Origin: Candidatus Poribacteria bacterium
Lineage (GTDB): Bacteria > Poribacteria > WGA-4E > PCPOR2b
Assembly: GCA_965198175.1 (NCBI GenBank)
Contig: OZ240245.1
Span: 3,680,001 to 3,744,000, forward strand
DNA: 64,000 bases
Direction: 5' to 3'
The position numbers and the translations under genes are program-made. Under the pieces are notes generated by a model, which saw nothing but the letters and a program-made list of their open reading frames with translations, had not been told where the DNA came from and ran no database searches. Shown one piece after another: positions 50,626 through 61,038 of the stretch (the first letter of the stretch is position 1; each line of letters begins with the position of its first letter).

Positions 50626-51516
50626 CTATTTACTGGTCTTTATCACCCCCCATGTTGTTGACAATTTTTCAGCCGGTTCAACATCGAGGGCAGCAGCAAC
50701 TGCAAGCCCTTCCCGCATGATTGATGATATCTCATCTTCGCTCAAAACCCGGCTGAATACTCCGATGTCGTCCACTGTGATTTGAGCGGAAGAACCAAAT
50801 CTGCCGCAAATGTGCCAAGGGCCATGTGCAACCGTCCGAACAAACGGTTTCGCACCGGCGCCTACTTGGACAACTTCGCCGTTCTGGTATATGACTGTCT
50901 CATTACCCTCACCCGTAAAGGCGTAGTGGTTCATCTCCCCGCCGTTGGCAGGAAACCGCCAGTTTGCACCCCGGAAAAATTGTTGACCGCCATACTGCCA
51001 CATGATTAACTCGCCCTCGCCGTCATCCCATGGAAAGTGGACCAGGATTCGGTTATCCCACGGACCACCGGGCTCATGGGCGAAGAGATCTCGCTGCGCC
51101 GCGCTACCGATTTTATCGTTGCGCCGCGCCCATACGGTAATGGTAATCGTTGTCTCGTCGGGAAGATTGCCGCCAGCCTCATCGTCCTCGTCCGGACCCA
51201 AGCGCTCATCCTTGATGAAATTCGGGATGCTGATAACGCTGCCCTCACCTTCACATTTCAGAGCCTTGCCGAACTTGCCGTCAACCCACTTTGGTTTTTC
51301 TCCAGGGTTAACCCCCCAGTGACCGCCTTCCAACGTGCCGTCCATGTCATGAGGGTTGCCCGAAGCATCTTCGACTATGCCGCCTTCGCCTTCATCAAAG
51401 AGCCAAATGGCAATGATGTCGGCGGGGTCCAGTGCAGCGAACGTTGGGACGGCAAGCAGCAGCCCCACGAGTGCAACAGTGCTGACACATGCCAGCGTTC
51501 TTAGCATAGATTTCAT
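50626..51516 (-). CDS. Exported LamG-like protein (paralog 2)
   Basis: Same motifs as paralog 1; tail DVEPAEKLSTTWGVIK. Confidence 0.85.
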   Translation of the reverse strand: MKSMLRTLACVSTVALVGLLLAVPTFAALDPADIIAIWLFDEGEGGIVEDASGNPHDMDGTLEGGHWGVNPGEKPKWVDGKFGKALKCEGEGSVISIPNFIKDERLGPDEDDEAGGNLPDETTITITVWARRNDKIGSAAQRDLFAHEPGGPWDNRILVHFPWDDGEGELIMWQYGGQQFFRGANWRFPANGGEMNHYAFTGEGNETVIYQNGEVVQVGAGAKPFVRTVAHGPWHICGRFGSSAQITVDDIGVFSRVLSEDEISSIMREGLAVAAALDVEPAEKLSTTWGVIKTSK

Positions 51517-51576
51517 TTAGCATTGCCTCCATCTACACCCAGTATCGTATATGATGCCGCATACATACAGGTAAAG

Positions 51577-51615
51577 AAAAACCCGTCCTACCACACACGT
51601 GCGGGACGGGTTTTT
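51577..51615 (-). terminator. Terminator-like hairpin after LamG paralog 3
   Basis: aaaaacccgtcc...ggacgggttttt. Confidence 0.65.
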
Positions 51616-51705
51616 AGGAACCAAAACTACTTAAGCGCCGCGAGTTGCTAAGTGTTATCACTTCCATTACTCACAGTGCTTCGGTTAAGGGACGACAAGG
51701 CAAAA

Positions 51706-52584
51706 CTATTTGACAGCCTTTATCCCTCCCCAGGTTGTTGATAATTTCTCAGCCGGCTCAACACCGAGGGCAGCGACTGCAAGCCCTTTCTGCATGATGG
51801 ACGCAATCTCATCATCGCTCAAGACTCTGCTGAAAACCCCGATGTCGTCGACTGTAACTTGAGCAGAAGAGCCGAATCTGCCGCCAATGTGCCAGGGACC
51901 ATGTTCAACGGTTCGAACAAAAGGTTTCGCACCGGCGCCCAGATGGACGAATTCACCATTCTGGAATACGACTGTCTCTTCACCGTTAGCCGTAAAGGCG
52001 TAGTGATTCATCTCCCCGCCGTTTGCGGGAAACTCCCAGTTTGTACCCTGGAAGGGTTTGCCATACTGCCACATGACAAACTCGCCCGCGCCGTCATCCC
52101 ATGGAAAGTGGACCAGAATTCGGTTATCCCACGGACCACCGGGCTCATGGGCGAAGAGATCTCGCTGCGCCGCGCCACCGATTTTATCGTTGCGCTGCGC
52201 CCATACGGTAATGGTAATCGTTGTCTCGTCGGGAAGATTGCCGTCAGCCTCATCCTCCTCGTCGGGACCCAAACGGTCATCCTTGTTGAAATTCGGGATG
52301 TTGATGACGCTGCCATCCCCTTCACATTTCAGAGCTTTGCCGAACTTACCATCAACCCACTGTGGCCTTAGGTTGTCGCTATCGTTAGGTCCGCCTTCAA
52401 GCGAGCCGTCCATGCCCTTGGGGTTGCCAGAAGAATCTTCGGTTTTTTTACCTTCGCCTTCATCAAAGAGCCAAATTGCGACAATGTCGGCGGGGTCGAG
52501 TGCAGCATAAGTCGGGACTGTGAGCATTAACCCGAAGAATGCAACAGTGCTGACACATGCCAGCGTTTTTAGACTTAATCTCAT
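51706..52584 (-). CDS. Exported LamG-like protein (paralog 3)
   Basis: Same motifs as paralog 1; GGAGG RBS; tail GVEPAEKLSTTWGGIK. Confidence 0.85.
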   Translation of the reverse strand: MRLSLKTLACVSTVAFFGLMLTVPTYAALDPADIVAIWLFDEGEGKKTEDSSGNPKGMDGSLEGGPNDSDNLRPQWVDGKFGKALKCEGDGSVINIPNFNKDDRLGPDEEDEADGNLPDETTITITVWAQRNDKIGGAAQRDLFAHEPGGPWDNRILVHFPWDDGAGEFVMWQYGKPFQGTNWEFPANGGEMNHYAFTANGEETVVFQNGEFVHLGAGAKPFVRTVEHGPWHIGGRFGSSAQVTVDDIGVFSRVLSDDEIASIMQKGLAVAALGVEPAEKLSTTWGGIKAVK

Positions 52585-52851
52585 TTTATATTACCTCCAT
52601 TTTTGTTGGTGTATTTACCAACATCTTAGGATTGGTGTTTGGGTGACATCACCTAAACACCGGCTCAGAAATGTAGCGTCCAAAACAACGACTGCCACAT
52701 CCCTTTCAGGAGCGGGGCGTTACACTTTCCGCTCAACACGCGCAACGCAATATCCTTCAAAATCATGGAAGGAATGCAACACTGCGCAAACTCGTAACAA
52801 AAACCTCGCCAATTTGCAAACCCTTCGGTAGATTCCATCACAATGACTAAA

Positions 52852-52998
52852 CCGCAGGCTCGGATTCGTCAGGTCACAGTGACTCTTGCCAAACGAGTCA
52901 ACAGCATCCGCTTTACGGAAAGCGAGCCAAAACTCAGTTGCGCCGTAGGGTCGTCCGCACCTACTTAGAGGCGGGCGGGCAAGAATTACAGCCTCGCT
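52852..52998 (-). ncRNA. Candidate structured leader RNA, family not recognised
   Basis: Several GC-rich stems and a possible pseudoknot directly downstream of a sigma70-like promoter. Confidence 0.4.
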
Positions 52999-53013
52999 AC
53001 TATAATTTTGTTT

Positions 53014-53043
53014 AGTATACTATATTCTGTTACATTATTGCAA
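53014..53043 (-). promoter_or_regulatory. sigma70-type promoter of the LamG cluster
   Basis: Minus strand TTGCAA-18 nt-TATACT. Confidence 0.55.
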
Positions 53044-53168
53044 CAAAAAAATGACCTTATCTGTTGGATTTCATTGGAAAAGAAGAAAAAAGGACGGCAT
53101 CACAAGCAATCATACCAACTCACTTCGAGTTGGGGGGTGAAATCTCACCGAAGATTCGTTAAAAACCG

Positions 53169-53933
53169 CTAGCTGTGCAAGACTTCCATGACAAGCGGGT
53201 GCAACCTCTTATTTGCAGCGACACAAGAAGTTCCACGAACTGCGTCACCTCCATCCCAAGATGTAATTACCCCGTGGGCGCCTCGAATTATGGGAACAAC
53301 AGGAAGGATGTCCCACGGATTCACGATAGGGTCGAGCATGATGTCTGCTCCACCCGATGCGAGCATCAAATAACCGTAGCAGTCTCCCCACGTTCGAAAA
53401 TACTTAATCTTTTGAGCCAAGCTCTCAAACCCCGCCTTCTTTTGGTATTTGGGAACACTTAACACATCAGTTGTCAGCAGCGTTGCCTCAGAGAGCTTGT
53501 CAACGGTTCTCATCTGCACTCGGTTCCCGTTAACGGTTGTATGATTATTGTCACCAAGGCATAGTAGGTCTAAAATCGGTTGGTTGATTGCGCCCAAGAT
53601 AGGTCGTCCTTCGTGAAGCAGACAAATCAGTGTGCCGAAAAGAGGGCACCCGCTTGCGAACGAGATTGTGCCGTCTATTGGGTCAAGCATCCAGACAAAC
53701 TCAGCCGCCTCATTTTCGCTCCCATACTCCTCTCCGATAATGCCGTGGTTGGGGAATTCCCTTCGTATCAGATTGCGCATTACTTCTTCAGCCTGACGAT
53801 CCGCCAGAGTTACAGGTGTTTCGTCTTCCTTCATTTCAACATCAAAATCTAAAGCTGCGAAGTGAGGTTTGATGACGTGCGCGCTTTCATCAGCAAGCCT
53901 ATGAATAAAGCGGATAAATTCTTCATTCACCAC
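53169..53933 (-). CDS. hisN: Histidinol-phosphatase-like inositol monophosphatase family protein
   Basis: PVTLADR, GIIGEEYG, WMLDPIDGT, WGDCYGY and PWDI motifs; GTG start near 53930-53933 avoids the overlap with acyP. Confidence 0.75.
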   Translation of the reverse strand: MVNEEFIRFIHRLADESAHVIKPHFAALDFDVEMKEDETPVTLADRQAEEVMRNLIRREFPNHGIIGEEYGSENEAAEFVWMLDPIDGTISFASGCPLFGTLICLLHEGRPILGAINQPILDLLCLGDNNHTTVNGNRVQMRTVDKLSEATLLTTDVLSVPKYQKKAGFESLAQKIKYFRTWGDCYGYLMLASGGADIMLDPIVNPWDILPVVPIIRGAHGVITSWDGGDAVRGTSCVAANKRLHPLVMEVLHS

Positions 53934-53958
53934 TGCACCATATTGTGTTAAAGACACA

Positions 53959-54228
53959 TTAATACTCGATTCTAAAGGAGGTATATTCCTCGCCAAATGA
54001 ACGTTCTTCGACTTTGACAGCGTCAACCTTGGCTGCTGGTGGGCCTTTCCAAAGGATAGTCACAAATCGATGGAGCGTCGCTTTATCCCCTTCGGCGACA
54101 ATCTCAACTCCGCCATCGGGGAGGTTCTTCACGTAGCCTTGGATGCCGAGCCTTTTTGCATTTTGTTGAGTAAAATAACGGAAATTAACATCCTGTACTC
54201 TACCGCTTATAAGAATGTAGCGTTGCAT
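53959..54228 (-). CDS. acyP: Acylphosphatase
   Basis: ISGRVQDVNFR, GYVKNLPDGGVE and GPPAAKV motifs. Confidence 0.85.
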   Translation of the reverse strand: MQRYILISGRVQDVNFRYFTQQNAKRLGIQGYVKNLPDGGVEIVAEGDKATLHRFVTILWKGPPAAKVDAVKVEERSFGEEYTSFRIEY

Positions 54229-54430
54229 ATTCTGGTTGACCTAGATCGTGAATCAAGCAGTGGAAAAGTTGCTCGTTCATTTCGTTGGCAATTTCCTTGC
54301 CTGACTCGGAGGTGGATTTCGAATTAGCGTGCTGCAATAAAGACGGTGGTGTTCCTGCTTTGACGCCGAATTTTAATGCTGCCTTATGAATCTATTTTGC
54401 CAGCGAAGTCTCGGTACTCCCTGTCCAGCT

Positions 54431-56629
54431 TCAGTTGCCTGTTGAGAGTTTCAATTTTTTAAGCGTGAATGTCGTGTATTGTTCTTCGCCCTCAACTATT
54501 TGGATAATCTGATTCGACGGTACATCTCGGAATGTTTGGGTGAGGTTCGTGGTTGGCCAAAAGATTTCCAGACGTTCAATTTTTGAGGCGTCGCCCAAGC
54601 CAATGGTTTGCCGAAGCGGATTTCCCCCAAAGGTGCCGCCGCTGTTGACGTATTTGTAAATTGAGCGCGGTGAACCGTTTTCGATGACTTCGGCATGGAT
54701 GCGCACGCCGATTGCCGATCGATTAGAGCGAACCCCAATGAGTCTTATGGCAATCCAGTGATTGCCGAAGCCCGGATTTTCATATAAGACATTCTTGTAC
54801 GCGTCGCCGGGTAGCGCACCTCCCATTTGCTCAAAGATATCCTGATCGCCGTCGTTATCAAGATCGGCGAATGCCACACCGTGCCCCTTCTGCAAGTGGC
54901 TGAACCCGCCAGCAAAACTCACGTCTGCGAACCGTCGCCCACCCTGATTCCGGTACATGACGTTCGGCATGATATTCTCATAGTCCGGATATCCGGTGCC
55001 GAGGTAAAAATCGAGGTAGCCGTCGTTGTCCAAGTCCCAAAACCAAGCAGGAAAGCTGACCTCAGGAAGGTCAACGTTGAGTTTTCTAGCAACATTCGTA
55101 AATGTGCCGTCGCCGTTGTTGCGATACAAACGATTGCCGCCCTTATAATTGGATACGTACAAATCAGGCCAACGATCGCCGTCGTAGTCGCCCCAGATCG
55201 CCGATTTGGAAAAACGATAATTCTGTACGCCCGCCTTCGCAGCCACATCGGTAAATGTACTGTCGCCGTTGTTGCGGAACAGTTGGCACGGTGCACGCAG
55301 CGCCTTAGAAGATTCGTTACCAATGTACAGATCGAGATCGCCGTCATTGTCGTAGTCGCCCCAGGAAGCCGTCCCGCAAGGATAATGCTCCTCGCCCAGA
55401 CCGGCATCGAAAGTGACATCCGTGAATGCGGCGTCCCCGTTATTGCGCAGCAGGGAGTTCGGATGTTGTCCTTCATCCTCAATCCATGCGCCTCGCAGCA
55501 CGAGGAAATCAGTGTCTCCATCGTTGTCACAGTCCGCCTGTAACATGTTCAATCCACCGTACAAACCCATCAGCCCAGCTTCCCTTGTAAGGTCCGTAAA
55601 GGTGCCGTCTTGATTGTTCCTGAAGAAACGCATCTGTCCGGAAGTGTCCCAAGTCGAGGTCACAATGTCGAGGTAGTTGTCATTGTCAAAATCATCCACA
55701 ATCGCGCCGCCCGACAAATCGAACGTATCAAGCCCTAGTCTCGGCGCGATATTCGTGAATCGCGGTATTACCTCCTCTGATTCGAACGCCTTGGGTGGAA
55801 TAAGGTAAGATTTGGGCACCTGCTCAGGATAGCCTCCGATTGTCATATACGCAATGTTAATTAACCATTGTGCTGCTAGATGTAGAGATTCATGTTTTGG
55901 TGTATTCTGCAGAACTCCTTTGAAATAGGAAATTGCCTGTTGGGATGGCTCCTGCTGCGTATGAATTCCGCCTTCTCGTAAGGGCAGAATGCAGCTTTCG
56001 GCTGTGTGACGGAGACAGCAGTTCTGCGTTTCGCCGTGCCGCATGTATGCGACGCCAAGTCGAAAAAGACTATGGTTTACTACCTCCACCGGAACCGTGC
56101 TCTCCTGCAACCGGGTAAGTTGGAGCGCACGCTCAAGGTAATCAATTCCTTCTACCTCATTTCCCAAGCGAAGTAGTGCGTGCCCTAACTGCATATAAGC
56201 CATCCATGTCGTTCGCACGGACGCGTCAGCAGGTAAGCTGGCAAGACGCTTGCGCAAAAATCGTTCATCTTCATTTCCCAAATACATGTTGTCGTCTGGG
56301 GTTCCATCAGCAATCTGCTTAAGGAGCGTTAGCATCCTTTGGTGACCTGACGCTGCTTTGGACGTCGCTATCTCCACAGGTGCTGATACCTCCGCTGGCG
56401 AAGCCGCAGATTCTGAATCCGCAAAACCGAAGACCCTGTCTTCTGCCAAAAACACACTCGCCGCACCAACACCCACTATTCCGATAAAAAACGGCGCAAT
56501 TAAGCGAGATAAGATGAGATTTGCCTTCTTTTGGATGCCCAAACGCTCGCTCATTGAGATTGAATTAATCGCTTTTTGCTTTTTGCTTTTTGCTTTTTGC
56601 AGGAAGGAAATTATGCCGTCAAACTTCAA
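54431..56629 (-). CDS. CRTAC1/ASPIC-UnbV family protein with N-terminal TPR-like, Cys-containing region
   Basis: GETQNCC...SCILP region; DxDNDG repeats; HLQKGHG; SNRSAIG...IGLG...EIFWP. Confidence 0.85.
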   Translation of the reverse strand: MKFDGIISFLQKAKSKKQKAINSISMSERLGIQKKANLILSRLIAPFFIGIVGVGAASVFLAEDRVFGFADSESAASPAEVSAPVEIATSKAASGHQRMLTLLKQIADGTPDDNMYLGNEDERFLRKRLASLPADASVRTTWMAYMQLGHALLRLGNEVEGIDYLERALQLTRLQESTVPVEVVNHSLFRLGVAYMRHGETQNCCLRHTAESCILPLREGGIHTQQEPSQQAISYFKGVLQNTPKHESLHLAAQWLINIAYMTIGGYPEQVPKSYLIPPKAFESEEVIPRFTNIAPRLGLDTFDLSGGAIVDDFDNDNYLDIVTSTWDTSGQMRFFRNNQDGTFTDLTREAGLMGLYGGLNMLQADCDNDGDTDFLVLRGAWIEDEGQHPNSLLRNNGDAAFTDVTFDAGLGEEHYPCGTASWGDYDNDGDLDLYIGNESSKALRAPCQLFRNNGDSTFTDVAAKAGVQNYRFSKSAIWGDYDGDRWPDLYVSNYKGGNRLYRNNGDGTFTNVARKLNVDLPEVSFPAWFWDLDNDGYLDFYLGTGYPDYENIMPNVMYRNQGGRRFADVSFAGGFSHLQKGHGVAFADLDNDGDQDIFEQMGGALPGDAYKNVLYENPGFGNHWIAIRLIGVRSNRSAIGVRIHAEVIENGSPRSIYKYVNSGGTFGGNPLRQTIGLGDASKIERLEIFWPTTNLTQTFRDVPSNQIIQIVEGEEQYTTFTLKKLKLSTGN

Positions 56630-57117
56630 TGTATAGAACCATTTAGTTGGGTGTGATGTCTAATACCGTCCATTCCGGTTATTAGTGATGCCGTCCGTAT
56701 TAGCGAGTTGTGATGAATCGCACAAGCCGTATCAATTGTTGACTCTTCTATTGATAAGCGTCAACTAGACTGCAAGCTGTTGCTTTTTTTTATTGGACAA
56801 TTTGCGGCCATTGCTCTAAAATGGAATCGGATAGTATTCAGACTTACGCGACTCAGGAATTCAGAGCAAATGGAGTATTCCGAACTTCATTCGATACTTA
56901 ATCCTATCACGAGAGAAATACCTTGTCAAGAAGCTAGCAAAGGAAATAGCATGTTCACGTAAATATGGATGGAACCATTATTTTCTGCTTGCGGATCGGC
57001 GAGGCTGTTTTTTCCATCTATTTTACAAAACTCAGATCCCAATATTATCGCCCGATATTAACTTTATAAAATGGACCCGTCCCACGCGGCAAAGAAACAT
57101 GAGAAAGGCTATAGTTA

Positions 57118-57741
57118 ATGAGCAAAACTCAACATCACAAGACGATACTACTCTTTGGAGCGCCAGGCGTAGGAAAGGGTACTCAAGGAAAGATCCTTGG
57201 ATCAATACCAGGTTTTTTCCATCTATCCAGCGGCGATATTTTCCGCGCACTTGATGCCAATTCTGAAGTTGGCAAAATCTTCCATAACTATTCATCGCGC
57301 GGTGAACTTGTTCCCGACGACGCCACCATTGCAATCTGTAGGGAGTATATCTCCAATCTTACAGGTGAAAACGGTTATAATCCGGACACAAGCTTGCTTA
57401 TCCTAGACGGTATCCCGCGCAACGTTAATCAAGCGCGGATGATGGAAGAGCACATCCGTGTGCACAATGTCCTCCACCTCGTTTGCGAAGATTTGGAAAC
57501 ACTAATCAATCGACTCCGTGGTCGCGCTATCAAGGAAAATCGAACTGACGACGCCCGTGAGTCAGTCATCCGAAGGCGTTGGGAAGTTTATCGAGAAGAA
57601 ACATCGCCTCTTCTTGACCACTATCCAGAGTCGATTATCTCAAATGTGAACGGAATCGGCAGTCCAGCCGAGGTCTTGTACCGGATTCTTGAAATTCTTG
57701 TGCCCCTGCAGAATGTCCACCTTAGCAACTCACCCATTTAG
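57118..57741 (+). CDS. adk: Adenylate kinase family nucleoside monophosphate kinase (short LID)
   Basis: GAPGVGKGTQ, HLSSGDIFR, GELVPD, LDGIPR and RTDD motifs. Confidence 0.85.
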   Translation: MSKTQHHKTILLFGAPGVGKGTQGKILGSIPGFFHLSSGDIFRALDANSEVGKIFHNYSSRGELVPDDATIAICREYISNLTGENGYNPDTSLLILDGIPRNVNQARMMEEHIRVHNVLHLVCEDLETLINRLRGRAIKENRTDDARESVIRRRWEVYREETSPLLDHYPESIISNVNGIGSPAEVLYRILEILVPLQNVHLSNSPI

Positions 57742-57937
57742 TTGCGATTAACAGGTTGCTAGTGAATCTTGCCGTGTCATGAGGGCTGAATTACACCTTC
57801 TTAGGTAAACCAAAATCGAGTAAGAGCCGTCTTTTGCGTAAAGGCTTATAATAATGTTGGACAAGAAATAATGCTCACTCAGAAGGGGAAATACCAAGTG
57901 TTGACGAATACTCATTTGATTCAACGGAGAATTTGAC

Positions 57938-58936
57938 GTGATTGAAGTTGATAATCTCACAAAAAATTATGGCACGACTCAAGCTTTGAGAGGAGTTTCC
58001 TTTCGGATTGATAAAGGCGAAGTGGTTGGTTTTCTTGGTCCAAACGGCGCAGGGAAAACTACTGCGATGCGTATTCTGACTTGTTTCATGCCGGCAAGCG
58101 GCGGAAAAGCGACGGTGGCAGGCCACGATGTATTCAAGGAATCCCTTGAAGTACGTAAGCGTATCGGCTATCTCCCAGAGAGTGTGCCGCTATACCCTGA
58201 GATGACCGTGACAGGCTATCTCAAATTTGTCTCAAAAATAAAAGGGACACCTCGTAGCAAGCGCGCTGCGAGATTAGATCTAGCCATTGATGCATGCGGA
58301 TTGAATGACCATCGTAATCAGATTGTAGGTCAACTGTCCAAAGGGTTTCGCCAGCGCGTCGGCTTGGCGCAAGCCCTCATTCATGATCCAGATGTGCTCA
58401 TCCTAGATGAACCCACGTCAGGGCTGGATCCACGTCAGATTATCGAAATTCGCGGACTCATCAAGAACCTGGGTAAGGAGCGCACAATCATCCTCAGCAC
58501 GCACATTCTCCCAGAGGCAAGTATGACCTGTGAACGGCTAATCGTGATCGATGAAGGGCGGATTACCGGGAATGTAAAGCTGTTGGAAGGACGCGCCGTC
58601 TCTATTGAGTCGGGCGATGGTGAACACACTGAGCTTGGCAATTCAAAAACGCTTTTTCTTGAAGTGGAGGGGCCGGCTGACGCTGTTCTTGCAGCCTTAA
58701 CTGAAACTCCAGATGTGAGCCACGTTGAAAGCCGAAGTCTGAGCAGTGGCAACAATCCAACTTTCCATGTCAGTTATGGTTCGAATACGGATATTCGCGC
58801 TCACGTCTCGTCGCGCATTATTCAGAACAACTGGGGTTTGCTCGAAATGCGTTCGGTCGAAATGACGCTTGAGGAGCTCTTCTTGCAATTGACAAGGCAG
58901 GCGGAAAAGGAAACTTACGACGGAAAGGATTCTTAG
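57938..58936 (+). CDS. ABC-2 type ATP-binding protein (GldA-like)
   Basis: GPNGAGKT, IGYLPE, LSKGFRQRVGLAQAL, LDEPTSGLDP and STHIL motifs. Confidence 0.9.
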   Translation: MIEVDNLTKNYGTTQALRGVSFRIDKGEVVGFLGPNGAGKTTAMRILTCFMPASGGKATVAGHDVFKESLEVRKRIGYLPESVPLYPEMTVTGYLKFVSKIKGTPRSKRAARLDLAIDACGLNDHRNQIVGQLSKGFRQRVGLAQALIHDPDVLILDEPTSGLDPRQIIEIRGLIKNLGKERTIILSTHILPEASMTCERLIVIDEGRITGNVKLLEGRAVSIESGDGEHTELGNSKTLFLEVEGPADAVLAALTETPDVSHVESRSLSSGNNPTFHVSYGSNTDIRAHVSSRIIQNNWGLLEMRSVEMTLEELFLQLTRQAEKETYDGKDS

Positions 58937-59010
58937 GATCCTGGAGGATGCTTCGGGATACTGAGTGCAATCGAGGCGTCAAGCGTCGCGATATGGGTTT
59001 AAGTAGACTA

Positions 59011-59415
59011 TCAACGCCTCGCGACTCTCAAGCGATTGCTCGCACGAGCTAACGCCGCTTCCGCTTGTCCTGCATTGATATTTGAATCGCGCGACTCAAG
59101 CTGTTCCATTGCACGCTGACGCGCGCCTTCCGCGCGCTCAACATCAATTTCAGATGCCCACTCAGCGGTATCCGCTAACACGGTAACACCGGTACGAAGC
59201 ACCTCAAAAACGCCTCCGCTAGTTGTGATGGATTGCGAGGTATCAGATTCGCGGATGCGAATCTCACCAATATCCAACATAGTCAGAAAAGGAATGTGCC
59301 CGGCAAGAATCTCAAACGATCCCAGTTCGCCGGGGGCCCTCACACTGGTAACCTCGCCTTCATAAATCAGCTGTTGGGGAGTTCGGATTTCGAGATGTAA
59401 TGTCTTATCAAGCAT
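59011..59415 (-). CDS. atpC: F1 ATP synthase epsilon subunit
   Basis: LEIRTP, GSFEILAGHIP, SGGVFEV and EIDVERA motifs. Confidence 0.93.
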   Translation of the reverse strand: MLDKTLHLEIRTPQQLIYEGEVTSVRAPGELGSFEILAGHIPFLTMLDIGEIRIRESDTSQSITTSGGVFEVLRTGVTVLADTAEWASEIDVERAEGARQRAMEQLESRDSNINAGQAEAALARASNRLRVARR

Positions 59416-59417
59416 TC

Positions 59418-60830
<1,413 letters not shown>

Positions 60831-61038
60831 TCATCTCTCTTTCAGTCATTTATGTTGCCAATACCATCGGCAGGACTCATTCTCAAGTTTTTCAAAAAGC
60901 ATAACATCGGAGATATAATTTTTTTGGGGAACACTTCGACGATGTTGAATCTTATGGTGAATTTTGCATTTAGTGTGAGTGGCGGCACGGCTCCCCATAT
61001 TCTAGAACCGGTTAGGGAGCCGGCATTGCTCCCAGTTA

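Noticed and set aside
47338..52584. Diversity-generating retroelement acting on the FGE-fold or LamG genes
   Set aside because: No reverse transcriptase or template repeat is in the window, and paralog differences include indels and all base types rather than adenine-specific changes.
52852..52998. Cobalamin riboswitch (GCAACUG and GAGUCA...GACCUG resemble parts of it)
   Set aside because: The AGGGAA/CCGGUG core was not found and the downstream genes are unrelated to B12; kept only as an unidentified structured RNA.
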